From contig CAWCNY010000005.1 in assembly GCA_963797095.1 (NCBI GenBank), positions 640,001 to 704,000 on the forward strand: a DNA stretch of 64,000 nucleotides, in the 5' to 3' direction. The DNA comes from an uncultured Chloroflexia bacterium. GTDB taxonomy: Bacteria; Chloroflexota; Chloroflexia; QHBQ01; JADMIH01. A program made the translations under genes and the position numbers. Positions 50,856 through 60,926 of the stretch are shown piece by piece (within the stretch, counting starts at the first letter, position 1; every line of letters starts with the position of its first letter). A model generated the notes under the pieces. It did not search any database. It worked only from the letters and a program-made list of their open reading frames with translations, and was not told where the DNA came from.

Positions 50856-51197
50856 ATGGGAAAGCACGAATTATTAGCACATCGTATCAAGGAATTGCGG
50901 CAGGGACTTAGTTGGACTCAGCAAGACCTTTCAATCGAGAGTGGGCTGAGCAGGTCTTATATATCCAGGTTGGAGATGGGAGACATCGCTCTGCCATCGA
51001 ATGAGCGGTTGAGGGCGCTGTCAAATGCTCTACATACTTCGCTGGACGACCTGCTGCAAGCCGCAGGATTCCTGGATGCGCCATCTCCCGAGAACGGGCT
51101 GCCCGACCTGAGAACTTATCTTCGGCAACGCTACAGTATTGTTGAGCCGGGTGTGCTCCAGGCGTTTGAGACGCTTGTGAGAGAATTGCAGAAGTAG
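50856..51197 (+). CDS. XRE-family HTH regulator
   Basis: IKELR..WTQQDLS..SGLSRSYISRLEMG..PS; TATAGT 7 nt before ATG. Confidence 0.9.
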   Translation: MGKHELLAHRIKELRQGLSWTQQDLSIESGLSRSYISRLEMGDIALPSNERLRALSNALHTSLDDLLQAAGFLDAPSPENGLPDLRTYLRQRYSIVEPGVLQAFETLVRELQK

Positions 51198-51413
51198 AGC
51201 CGAACTGCGTACTGCATATTCTGTATTTCATAATGCATGCTGCATACTGCGTGTTGCGTATGGCATACTGCGTGCTCCGTAGAGGTGGTAGTACCATGGT
51301 ACCCAGGCACGGTTTGGGGCGTTGGTACTATTGAGCTATTCACGCGTGAACGAGGGGAATGTACAATTAGGTGGAAAGATATAGAGAAGTCGCTGTCATG
51401 CTCCTCCTGGTTC

Positions 51414-51443
51414 AGAGGTCTCGAAAGAGACCTCTTTTCTTTT
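51414..51443 (+). terminator. Intrinsic terminator-like hairpin
   Basis: AGAGGTCTC-GAAA-GAGACCTCT followed by TTTCTTTT. Confidence 0.65.
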
Positions 51444-51673
51444 AATGGCATTCTCCATGCGGGATCTATTGTTTGTAACTGTCAGTATTGCACACAAAGA
51501 CCCCTCTCCAAATTGGTAGGGGCTTTCCAAAACAGCCAAACCGCCATTTTGGCTGTTTTGGAACCAGATTGCACGCCTGCGAACCTGAATCTAAAGTTCG
51601 GGATGCCTCATGTTTTAGGGCAAAAGCTTTCTTGTGTGAACATAGAGTACAGGTTCCGGTGCTTCCTATTTGA

Positions 51674-53441
51674 CTATACTACTTCCGGCTCGGCGTAGGG
51701 TTCGTAGTGGCGGGCCTTCTTGGGCAGGAGGAAGGCCAGGAAGAAGGTCAGCACGAAGAGGCCCGCCTCGTACCAGAGGGTCTGCTGCATGGAGGCCGAG
51801 AAGGTTAGTTGGGTTGCTTCGGTGGCGGCGGGTGTTAGCACGACCTGAATCTGCTGGGCTACCTGGGGAGGTATTGCCTGAGATGACTGATCGGACTCGA
51901 AAGCCTGGCAGCTTGCGGGCACCACGAAGGGGTCCTTCTGGACCATGCGGTCGTGGAAGCAGAGGTTGAAGCCGTGCACTATCTGGTCCTGAACGGTGGA
52001 GGGCACACCCGCCGACTGGAGGCCGCTCCTGATCTGAGGGGCTACCGCGTCGGCGCTGGGAGTGGCCTGGGTGCCCAGGATGCCCGAAGAAGATCACGCC
52101 TATGACGGCCACGCCGATGGCTCCACCTAGCTGATTGATAGTGCTGACCACTCCGGACGCCGAGCCTGCGTTTTCGAGGGGCACGCCTGCGAGAACGATA
52201 TCGGCGATGGGGGCGATAACCAGGCCCATGCCTGTGCCACCTATGAGCATGGAGGGAATTAGATGCCAGGAGGTTATGTCGGTGCCTGCAAGCTGGATGG
52301 TGAAGATCATGAGGACCATACCGGCGGCCATCAGGAGCACCCCCGCAATGATCACCTTGCGGCCGATTTTGGGAGCAAGAGCGATGGAAGCGCCTGAAAA
52401 GACGATCGCGCCGATAGAGGCGGGGAGTCCGGTGAGGGCGGCGTGGATGGCGGACCAGCCGAGGCCGATCTGCACATAGAGTGTGTAGACCATGAAGAAG
52501 GAGGACATCCCCGCGAAGAAGATGATGGCAGTGAGGAGGCCCACCACGAAGGAACGCTCACGGAAGAGGCTGAGGGCGACCAGGGGAGAGCCGTCGAGGC
52601 GGGTCTTGTGGCGCTCATAGAATACGAAGAGGGCGAGCACGGGGATGGAGGCAGCCATCGAGATGAAGATCCAGGCGGGCCAGTCGAGGTCTCGGCCTTG
52701 AACGAGCGGGTCGACCAGCAGAAGGAGGCCGCCGGTGACCAGAAGCATTCCAACGAGGTCGAGCTTGATAGCCTGGGGCGAGCGAGATTCGCGCACCACC
52801 GCGCCGGAGATGATGAGAGCAAGAATACCTACGGGGATGTTGATCAAGAAGATGGGACGCCAGTCGAGGCCGAAGAGATTGCCTTCGATCAGGAAGCCGC
52901 CCAGAAGGGGACCTGCCACGGCAGCGAGACCCGCCACCGCGCCGTACATCCCGAAGGCTTTTGCACGCTCACGCCGGGGGAACGTTACCTGTATAATTGA
53001 CAGCACCTGGGGCGTCATGATGGCGGCCATCGCGCCCTGGACCACGCGGGCGGCAACCAGGACTTCGGGGTTGGCGGAAAGGCCGCACATCAGGGAAGCG
53101 AGGGTGAAGCCCGTTACGCCGATCATAAAGACCCGCTTCCTGCCGAAGATATCTCCGAGGCGACCGCCCGTGATGAGGGTTAGGGCGAAAGCGAGCGAGT
53201 AGCCCGCGATGATCCACTGGATGGTGGAGTAGGGGGCGGCAAGGTCGCGCTGGATGGAGGGGATGGCTATGTTGACGATGCTCACATCGAGGAGGTCCAT
53301 AAAGCCCGCGAAGAGAAGGACGATCAAGGCGAGCCAGCGGCGGGTGTCGGCTTGCTCAACAATGGGAGTTGCCAGGGGTTGTGCCGCCTGGGTTGCGGCG
53401 TTTTGCCAGGAGGTCGGGTTAGACTGAATCTCAGTACTCAT
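51674..53441 (-). CDS. DHA2 (EmrB/QacA) MFS efflux pump, frameshifted at ~52084
   Basis: DLLDVSIVNIAIPSI, GRLGDIFGRK, WRPIFLINIP; removing one G in TTCGGGCATC restores ..FFGILGTQ.. and the last TM helix (ORF 51674-52006). Confidence 0.85.
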
Positions 53442-53518
53442 TGCTTTTGTCCTTTTTCGGTGGTATGATTGGCCTGAAAGGGTTATCTTAGTTTCAGTGT
53501 ATATCAGCAAGTAAAATG

Positions 53519-53531
53519 CTTAGTAACTAAG
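53519..53531. promoter_or_regulatory. Putative MarR operator palindrome
   Basis: CTTAGT-A-ACTAAG between the divergent pump and MarR genes; a second half-site ATCTTAGT at ~53485. Confidence 0.6.
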
Positions 53532-53561
53532 ATAATCGCATTATAAGAGGTGTATTGCGAA

Positions 53562-54671
53562 ATGTCAAGAGGGAATTCCAAACGCGCGGAGATAATTGAG
53601 GGGCTCACAACAGAGTTCAGGAAGAGCAGCGCGGGGTCTGTGCTGCTCAGCCAGTCGGTGGCGGATGCTGTGGGCGTTAATTCGACCGACCTGGAATGCC
53701 TGGACATCCTGCAAATGTCGGGGCCGATGACGGCGGGGAGCCTGGCCGAAATAACGGGGCTGACCACAGGGGCGATCACGGGGGTGATCGACCGGCTGGA
53801 GAAGAAGGGGCTGGCTGAACGGGCCAAAGACCTTGAGGATCGAAGGCGAGTGATCGTGCAGACGGTAGCGGAAGGTGTAAAGAAACTTGAGCCGTATTAC
53901 GAATGGGTGCAGGAGGCAGTTGACGCCATATACGAGAAGTACAATGACGAAGAACTGGCGCTGGTGCTCGAGTTCATGAAGCGGATGAACGACGCTGCAC
54001 AAGCGGGGATAGCCAGGTTACGGGAAGGACCCGGCCAGGTACCGGGGGTAGCGGCGGGCAGGCAGGAGGGCAAGCACTTTTCAGCATCTCTGGGGAACGT
54101 GAGGAGGGGGAGCCTGGTGTTTGAGAACGGCACGACCAGGCTGACGATCAGGGCAGGGGATGATAGGGAGGAGCTCTATCACGCGCACTTTGAGCACCCC
54201 ATACCGGAGGTGAAGGTGCAGGGTGGGAATGTGAGCATGAAATATACGGGCATCCCGTTTTTGACATTCAGGGAAAAGCCCGCCGAAGTGATACTCAACC
54301 GGCGGATCCCGTGGAAGGTTGAGATCAAGGTGGGGGCGTCGAGGCTGAACGCGGATTTGAGGGGATTGGATTTGACGAGCTTCGAGATACACTGGGGGGT
54401 GAGCGGGGCGACAATAGCACTGCCGAGGCCTGAGGGGACCGTGCCCGTGAAGATTTCGGGTGGGGCGAGCAATGTTACGATTTCAAGGCCGCGAGGTGTG
54501 CCCGTGAGGGTGTACGTGCACCCAGGAGGGAAGAACCTGCGGCTGGATGGGGAACGATTCAGCGAGACGGAGTCGAAGCGCTGGGAGAGCGCTGGATACG
54601 GGAGAGCAAAAGACCGGTATGAGATAGAGGTGGCGTTCGGGGCCAAAGATCTGGTGGTGGAGGAGCAGTAG
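53562..54671 (+). CDS. MarR-family regulator fused to a Toastrack/LiaF-C-like domain
   Basis: DLECLDIL..GPMTAGSLA..TGLTTGAITGVIDRLEKKG..DRRRV; C-terminal GASRLNADL/GVSGATI/GGASNVTI repeats. Confidence 0.82.
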   Translation: MSRGNSKRAEIIEGLTTEFRKSSAGSVLLSQSVADAVGVNSTDLECLDILQMSGPMTAGSLAEITGLTTGAITGVIDRLEKKGLAERAKDLEDRRRVIVQTVAEGVKKLEPYYEWVQEAVDAIYEKYNDEELALVLEFMKRMNDAAQAGIARLREGPGQVPGVAAGRQEGKHFSASLGNVRRGSLVFENGTTRLTIRAGDDREELYHAHFEHPIPEVKVQGGNVSMKYTGIPFLTFREKPAEVILNRRIPWKVEIKVGASRLNADLRGLDLTSFEIHWGVSGATIALPRPEGTVPVKISGGASNVTISRPRGVPVRVYVHPGGKNLRLDGERFSETESKRWESAGYGRAKDRYEIEVAFGAKDLVVEEQ

Positions 54672-54676
54672 AGCCG

Positions 54677-55264
54677 ATGGGCCGGTTGAATATCGTCAAT
54701 TTCGGGTACCGCTCGACCAACTACTACGTGCTGGCGGACACCGCGCCGAGGTTGCTGGTGGATGCAGGATGGCCCGGCACGCTTGGCATGATGCGGCAGT
54801 CGTGCAGCAGGAAGGGGATCAGGCTAGAGGATATAGAGTGCCAGATGGTGACACACTTTCACCCCGATCACGCGGGGCTTGCGGAGGATTTGAAGCGGTT
54901 GGGGGTGAGGCTGATCGTGGTCAATACACAGCTTGGGGGTATTCCGTTGCTTAGCACATATGTGAAGCCAGGAGATAAGTACACACCGATCGAGGTTGTG
55001 GGCAGCACGATATTAAAGGTGGAGGAGACCCGTACATTTCTGGCGGGGATCGGGATCGAGGGGGAGATCATCAGCACGCCGGGACATTCGGACGATAGCG
55101 TTACGCTGGTGCTGGACGAGGGGCTGGCTTTTACGGGGGATTTGACTACGCCGACGGCTGTGCCTGATGACCCCTCGGATCTTACGTACCAGAGTTGGGC
55201 GAAGATCCGGGCTAAGGGGGTGCATACTGTGTTTCCTGGGCACGGCCCTGCCTGGCATATCTGA
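54677..55264 (+). CDS. MBL-fold metallo-hydrolase
   Basis: THFHPDHAG, TPGHS, FTGD, PGHG. Confidence 0.92.
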   Translation: MGRLNIVNFGYRSTNYYVLADTAPRLLVDAGWPGTLGMMRQSCSRKGIRLEDIECQMVTHFHPDHAGLAEDLKRLGVRLIVVNTQLGGIPLLSTYVKPGDKYTPIEVVGSTILKVEETRTFLAGIGIEGEIISTPGHSDDSVTLVLDEGLAFTGDLTTPTAVPDDPSDLTYQSWAKIRAKGVHTVFPGHGPAWHI

Positions 55265-55294
55265 GCCTGGCGGCTGACGAACGCGGAGGTGTAG

Positions 55295-56659
55295 CTAGGC
55301 GGTAACCCTGCTTCTACTGCGCGAGCGTCTGCGCCGCCGGGACGAGAAGCTAGCAGGGGCAGCAGTTTGCGATGGCTGGGCTGACCTACTCTGTGCGGGC
55401 TTGGGCGTGGCGAGGCGGGTGGGAAGCAGGAGTTGGGGTGCGGGCGCGGGAGCAGGTTGAGCACCGGCGGGTTGTGGGCGGCTGGTGCGCGGACGGCGGG
55501 GTTCGCGGGCGAACTCGGTGTTGCGCTGGGGCGCGGGTTGGCTGTAGTCGAAGCCCTTGAGGATGCGGCGCTCGATCTTGTCACCGAGGACGCGTTCGAT
55601 TGAGCGGACGATATCGTTATCTTGTTCGGTGACGAGGGTGAAGGCATCGCCCGTTTTGGCGGCACGGCCTGTGCGACCTATACGGTGCGTGTAGGCATCG
55701 GTGGTGCTGGGGATGTCGTAGTTGATGACGTGGGAAATGCGGGTCACGTCGATGCCTCGGGCGGCGATGTCGGTAGCGACTAGGATCTGGTATTTACCGT
55801 CGCGGAAACCATCGAGGGCAGCCTGGCGGCGGGTCTGCGAGAGATTGCCCTGGAGGGATGTGACAATAAAGCCCACTTTGCTCAGCTGCTCCGCCAGGCG
55901 CTTGGCGCGGTGCTTGGTGCGGGTGAAGACGAGGACAGACTCGGTGTCGGTGTGGTCGAGCAATTGCATGAGGAGAGCGGTCTTGAGATGGGAGGAGATG
56001 GGGTAGAGAGCATGAGAGACCGTACCGACCGGCTCGATGTGGCCCACCTGCACAGTTACGGGATCGCGAAGGACCTCGCGAGCCAGGGTGCGAATGTCAG
56101 GCGGCATGGTGGCCGAGAAAAGTAACGTCTGGCGGTTGGCGGGGAGGTGGCTCAGGAGCCGGCGGATGTCGGGGAGGAAGCCCATGTCGAACATGTTGTC
56201 GGCTTCATCGAGCACCAGCACCTCAAGGTCGGACAGATTGATAGCGCTCTGTGAGATGTGGTCGAGCAGGCGACCGGGGCAGGCCACCACGATCTCGACG
56301 CCCCGGCGAAAGGCTGCCAGTTGCGGGCGCGGGCTGACGCCACCGTAGATAGTAACGGTTCGCAGGCCGGTGTGCCTGCCGAGGTCATTGATGGCGTCGC
56401 CTATCTGCTCGGCCAACTCGCGGGTGGGAGCGAGGATGAGGGCACGCACGCGACCGCGAGGGCCGGTGAGTAGACGCTGGAGGATGGGGAGGACGAAGGC
56501 AGCGGTCTTGCCGGTGCCTGTGTTGGCTAGGCCCATAACGTCGCGGCCCTGCATGACGGGCGGGATGGCCTGCTGCTGAATGGGGGTTGGCACCTCGTAG
56601 CCGAGCGCCTGCACGCCTGACATGATGTGTAGATCTAGATTGAATGATTTGAAAGACAC
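55295..56659 (-). CDS. rhlE: DEAD-box RNA helicase (RhlE-like)
   Basis: PTPIQ, TGTGKT, PTRELA, DEAD, SAT, ARGID, HRIGRTGRA; GTG start at 56659. Confidence 0.92.
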   Translation of the reverse strand: MSFKSFNLDLHIMSGVQALGYEVPTPIQQQAIPPVMQGRDVMGLANTGTGKTAAFVLPILQRLLTGPRGRVRALILAPTRELAEQIGDAINDLGRHTGLRTVTIYGGVSPRPQLAAFRRGVEIVVACPGRLLDHISQSAINLSDLEVLVLDEADNMFDMGFLPDIRRLLSHLPANRQTLLFSATMPPDIRTLAREVLRDPVTVQVGHIEPVGTVSHALYPISSHLKTALLMQLLDHTDTESVLVFTRTKHRAKRLAEQLSKVGFIVTSLQGNLSQTRRQAALDGFRDGKYQILVATDIAARGIDVTRISHVINYDIPSTTDAYTHRIGRTGRAAKTGDAFTLVTEQDNDIVRSIERVLGDKIERRILKGFDYSQPAPQRNTEFAREPRRPRTSRPQPAGAQPAPAPAPQLLLPTRLATPKPAQSRSAQPSQTAAPASFSSRRRRRSRSRSRVTA

Positions 56660-56719
56660 TGTTATGTAAAGTCCTTTGGGTAAAGTGCTGCCCAACCTGT
56701 ATTGTGGGTGGAAAGCAAC

Positions 56720-56746
56720 AAAAAAGAGCCTCGGCTTGCCGGGCTC
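56720..56746 (-). terminator. Intrinsic terminator between tRNA-Arg and the helicase
   Basis: GAGCCCGGC-AA-GCCGAGGCTC followed by a T run on the minus strand. Confidence 0.6.
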
Positions 56747-56846
56747 AAACATAGGCTATATTGCACTGGGCTTGGTATTTGTACCTTTGCAGTAAAGGTA
56801 TTCTAGTTATTTATACCATTAAACTGCTGTCGAAGCAACTACCGAG

Positions 56847-56922
56847 TGGTACGCCCGGAGGGACTCGAACCCCCGCACCTGGCTCCGGAGGCCAGCGCTC
56901 TATCCGACTGAGCTACGGGCGC
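56847..56922 (-). tRNA. tRNA-Arg (CCG)
   Basis: GCGCCCGTAGCTCAG..CTGGC-CTCCGGA-GCCAG..GGTTCGAGTCC..CCA; promoter TTGCGC-17-TATAAT at 56969-56941. Confidence 0.96.
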
Positions 56923-56991
56923 GTACTTGATGTACCTTCTATTATAGCGCGGGCGGGGGTGAGGCGCAAGGGAGGACGAAGGGCGAGCTAG

Positions 56992-58674
56992 AGCATCGGT
57001 CAAGTAATCAGGCAGCCGCAGCCAAGAACTGCGGGGAACGAGCCAATACATGCAGATTGTTCACCACAGCACAGCGCCGCAGATCAAACAGGTTCTTGCG
57101 TACGCCAATGTAGCGGGCGTCCTCGCCCTGCCAGTGCCCGACGTGCGCCAAGCTGTGCTCTACCCCCACCCGTTCCCGCAGCTTGGCTCGTCCGCTGGCT
57201 GTCTGCTGCCGCTCCCGCAACTCCGCCAGCAACGCCTCATCCGGGTGGATACTCACGCTGCGCCCTGCTTTACTACTCGTGCAGCGCTCCCGCAATCCAC
57301 AGGCGTCGCACTGCTCGACCGGAAAATGCACCAGAGCTCCCAGCTCGAAGTTCAACTCGATGCCGTTGGGGCAACGGATCGTCTGCTTCTCCCAATCGAG
57401 GGTGAACGCCGTCTTGTCGAAGTAAACCCCGTTGCGCACCGGCCAAGTCTTACAATAGACTTGCTGGCCACCCTGGCGCTGGCGCACCCAACTGCTACTC
57501 AGGTAGGCACGATCGATGTGCAACTCGCGCCAACTGATGCCCAGGTGCAACAGGTCCGCGGCCATGCTCTCAGTCACGCTAGCCTCCGGCGCATTGGCTG
57601 GCGTGATGCCGACTGCCACCAGCAACTCACTATCCAAGTCACGCAGCACATGGCGCTTGTAACCATCGATCAAGCGGCTCTTGCTCTTGCGACCATGACG
57701 CATCTGGGCGTCCTCGATGCTGATGCGTCGCTCTGGCGCGACCCCTTGCCGCAAGATCGCCCCACCCGCAGCATCCGTGGTCACGTCTTGCTCTTGTACT
57801 TGCGCGGCAGCAGCCAGGCTAGCCTTGACCTGGGGCTGCTCAACCGCATCTTGTTCGCGCAGATAAGCTTCACCGGCAGCAAGTGCCGCCAGCACCAACT
57901 GCAAGGCTTGTTGTTGCTGCGCCGGGTCGTCCCAATCCAGATCGAGTGCCGCCTTGAGGCTGGAGCCCGAGACCAACTCCGCCCCAGCCGCACTTGCCAC
58001 CTCCGCCAGCTCCCGCCCCTGCTGCGCGGCCAACACGCCCAAAGCCTTACGCAGGGCGTGACCCAACAGATTGAAGGTATCTTCCACCCGTGCGGCACCC
58101 CACAGGGGACTGCTGTCAAGGGCCACCCGCAACTGGCGCGAACCGAAGTCGCCACTTTGTTCAGCCAACTCAACGGTACGCTCAATCAAGCGACGGTCGA
58201 GGTTGTGTTTGATGAGAGCGGCACGAAAGGCGACCAGGGTACCCTTGCTGAAGGGGGCGGTGTCGCTGTCGAGACAATCGAGAACCAGTTGCCAGCGGCG
58301 GTCCATCAGGCTAGCCTCGATGACCTCGTCGTCGGAAACCCCGCTGTAGGCTTGCAGCAGCGTAGCCAAGGCGAGTTGAGCGGGCGGAATAGGAGGTTGA
58401 CCACGAGAGCTATCCTCATAGAGGGTAGCCAGCTCAGCTTGGAAATCGATGGAAAAGAGGCGGTGGCGGTGCAGGCGCAAGAAGACAAAGAGCTTGGCGC
58501 GACGAATACGCTTGACGACCTGTTGTTCAAGGGTAGAGAGTTCAATAGGAGGCTCCCAGACAGCGGGGCGCATGGCATTATTCCTTTCTGTTGGCCTATA
58601 GTTGGTTTGCCAACTCTAGCAAACCATGCCCTGTCCGCCTTGTCAAGCCTTCGCCCGATTACTTGACCGATGTT
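56992..58674 (-). mobile_element. IS1182-family insertion sequence, apparently intact
   Basis: IRs AGCATCGGTCAAGTAATC / GATTACTTGACCGATGTT; CTAG on both flanks (56988-56991, 58675-58678). Confidence 0.9.
57008..58573 (-). CDS. IS1182-family transposase
   Basis: 521 aa: GQPPIPP, LQAY.GVSD, LDSSPL, GYKRH, DRAY, RCPNG..C..C...C, RVGVEH. Confidence 0.9.
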   Translation of the reverse strand: MRPAVWEPPIELSTLEQQVVKRIRRAKLFVFLRLHRHRLFSIDFQAELATLYEDSSRGQPPIPPAQLALATLLQAYSGVSDDEVIEASLMDRRWQLVLDCLDSDTAPFSKGTLVAFRAALIKHNLDRRLIERTVELAEQSGDFGSRQLRVALDSSPLWGAARVEDTFNLLGHALRKALGVLAAQQGRELAEVASAAGAELVSGSSLKAALDLDWDDPAQQQQALQLVLAALAAGEAYLREQDAVEQPQVKASLAAAAQVQEQDVTTDAAGGAILRQGVAPERRISIEDAQMRHGRKSKSRLIDGYKRHVLRDLDSELLVAVGITPANAPEASVTESMAADLLHLGISWRELHIDRAYLSSSWVRQRQGGQQVYCKTWPVRNGVYFDKTAFTLDWEKQTIRCPNGIELNFELGALVHFPVEQCDACGLRERCTSSKAGRSVSIHPDEALLAELRERQQTASGRAKLRERVGVEHSLAHVGHWQGEDARYIGVRKNLFDLRRCAVVNNLHVLARSPQFLAAAA

Positions 58675-58678
58675 CTAG

Positions 58679-59297
58679 GGCACGATGCATGCTAAAAGAA
58701 GTGGGTGAAAGGAAAAGAACAACGAGCGTTCCTCTGCTAAGATAGGCTTCGACCAAGAAACCCAAAGCAGAAAGGAACGCCCAATGCAGTATACAGCTTC
58801 CAATGTAGGTAAGACGGGTGAGTGCACCTGCACCTGCACGTTTTGCAATTGCACACACAAGCAGTTCGAGATCGGGTTTAGCGACTTGTTCCAGGCCTGC
58901 TCCACCATTGCTGACCCACGCCGTGCTCAAGGTCGGGTCTACTGGCTGCCCAGTTTGCTCTGCATGGCTGTGGCGGCTATCCTTTGCAACTGCCTATCGG
59001 TGTTGGCTATCGCTGAATGGGCGCCAAACCTCTCACCCGATCTGCGTGAGGCGCTCAGCTTACCCAAAGATCGCAGTCCTGACCATTCCACCTTGGATCG
59101 CCTCTTTCGACGCCTCGATCCAAACCAATTGAGCAGTGCACTCACCGATTACTTCGAGCATGAGCAACAAGAGCAACAACAGAATGCGCACAGAGGGGTC
59201 TACATCGCATAGCCTCAGCTTTACGAGCCAACAGTCAGCGCCCACATCAAGCTCTCGTGCTCATGGGCCTCCTCAATTCCTCTGACGCATAAGCCCT
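58679..59297 (+). mobile_element. ISAs1-family remnant (transposase N-terminus only, 58784-59212)
   Basis: DPRRAQGRVYWL..AIAEW..PDHSTLDRLFRRLDP; ends TAGGGC..ATGC and GCAT..GCCCTA. Confidence 0.75.
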
Positions 59298-59375
59298 AAG
59301 GGGCGATGGTAGTCGGTAGTCGGTAGTCGGTAGTCGGTCTTATCACTCTTCGCCTTTCGTCCTTCGCCATTCGCC

Positions 59376-59861
59376 CTATCGTGGCACGTGGCCTGCGGCC
59401 ATTGTGGGGGCGGTGGAAGTTGAGGGAGTTTTCTCGCGGGCGGCTTCCTGAAGCCAGACATAGACTACCTGGGGAAGATAGGTGGCGGCGAGGAAGATGT
59501 AGAGCCAGAGAATCAGGGGGATGCCGGGGGGTGTAAAGGCGGCGATGAGGGTGAGCACCACAGATGCGCCTACGAAGAGGCCGGCCATAAGGAGGTAGGT
59601 GCGAGCGGCGTGCCAGCTATCCTGTCGGTAAGCATAGGCTGCGCCGATGCAGCTGGCAAGGAAAAGCGCCCCGAAATATTGGAGAAGTAGAAGAGGTGAC
59701 GAAGGGGGAAGTGGGGCCGGCATGAAGAAGCTGTTCCAGAGCGATTCGGAGAAGAGGGCCGCCGCGCCAAAGGCGAATTGTGTGACAAAAGATATGATCA
59801 GGACCACTTTGGTCCAGGTCAGAAGTGTACCGTTCTTTGAGCCTGCGCTGAGATTGTTCAT
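59376..59861 (-). CDS. Hypothetical 4-TM membrane protein
   Basis: 161 aa, hydrophobic, GGAGG RBS. Confidence 0.7.
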   Translation of the reverse strand: MNNLSAGSKNGTLLTWTKVVLIISFVTQFAFGAAALFSESLWNSFFMPAPLPPSSPLLLLQYFGALFLASCIGAAYAYRQDSWHAARTYLLMAGLFVGASVVLTLIAAFTPPGIPLILWLYIFLAATYLPQVVYVWLQEAAREKTPSTSTAPTMAAGHVPR

Positions 59862-60113
59862 TTTATCCTCCCTGGTGTTTATCTTTTAGAAAGGGCAGAC
59901 AATGGCATTGTAGGTAGCCATTACCCTCGACGGTGATAGTTTAGGTCCGGTAATTACTCATTTGCCAGACCGAAAGATGCTCATTGAGTGCTCAGTTGGG
60001 CGTTCAGTCGATGTTGTTGCGAGTGAGGGCAGATGCTATACTGGGCCACAAGATTCGAAGCGCTGGATAGGTCCGGGTAGCGGAACGCAAAACAGCTGGT
60101 AAGGAGAAATGAA

Positions 60114-60647
60114 ATGGATGCTGTTACTTTATTGCGAGAGCAGTTTCAGACTGCCCACCAATTTCTGGAAGGGACAATGGCGGATGTCACTCAGGAGCAA
60201 GCGGATTGGACGCCGCCGGGGGTGGCAACGCCGCTAGGGGCCACCTACGCGCACGCAATCATATCTGAGGACCTGCTTATGAACGGGATGTTCCAGGGGG
60301 CGGCTCCCCTGTGCATGAGCACGTGGACGGGGAAAGTAGGCGTGAGCGAGATGATGCCTATGCCCGGCCCTGAGTGGGCGAACTATGAGGCCTGGACGCG
60401 AAGCGTGCGCATCGATCTGCCGGCCATACGCGAGTATGCGCAGGCGGTGTACAACGCGACCGACGAATATATGGCATCGCTGACGCCGGAGGACCTGGAC
60501 AGGCAACTCGACCTAAGTGGAGTGGGGATGGGACAGCTTAGCCTGGCGTGGGCGATAAGTAACCTGGCGATGGGACACATCCACGACCTGATGGGCGAGA
60601 TTTCGTGCTTGAAGGGCTTGCAGGGGGCGAAGGGGTATCCGTTCTGA
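60114..60647 (+). CDS. DinB family protein
   Basis: DVTQEQADWTP, YAHAI..ED, GHIHDLMGEIS; AAGGAG RBS. Confidence 0.85.
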   Translation: MDAVTLLREQFQTAHQFLEGTMADVTQEQADWTPPGVATPLGATYAHAIISEDLLMNGMFQGAAPLCMSTWTGKVGVSEMMPMPGPEWANYEAWTRSVRIDLPAIREYAQAVYNATDEYMASLTPEDLDRQLDLSGVGMGQLSLAWAISNLAMGHIHDLMGEISCLKGLQGAKGYPF

Positions 60648-60802
60648 TAGACGAAGGGCGAAGGGCGAAGGACGATGGTAGTCGGTAGTCGGTAGTCGGT
60701 AGTCAGAAGTTCCTAGTTCCTAATTCCTGCTTTCGTCCTTCGTCTTTCGTCCTCTGACTACCGACTACCCGCTACCGGCGTTTTGCGTGCCCTTATTTTG
60801 GC

Positions 60803-60831
60803 TTGACAGGCGTCATTGCGTGCTGTATAAT
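60803..60831 (+). promoter_or_regulatory. Consensus sigma70 promoter of the tRNA-tuf operon
   Basis: TTGACA-17-TATAAT. Confidence 0.85.
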
Positions 60832-60926
60832 TGTTTGCGTCCTTGAAAACGACACCCTTGAAAAAGGCGCAGAAGGACGATGCACTTGAAAAAGCTAATG
60901 AAATAAAGAGAAAAGCGCTAGGATGC

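Noticed and set aside
51400-51520. c-di-GMP-I riboswitch suggested by the GAAA-loop hairpin
   Set aside because: The flanking GGCAAAC and GACGCAAA consensus elements are absent.
57050-58666. 538-aa plus-strand ORF
   Set aside because: Antisense shadow of the IS1182 transposase with no recognisable motifs.
56847-59300. Integrative element at tRNA-Arg
   Set aside because: No integrase and no duplicated tRNA 3' end; the IS elements lie on the 5' side of the tRNA.
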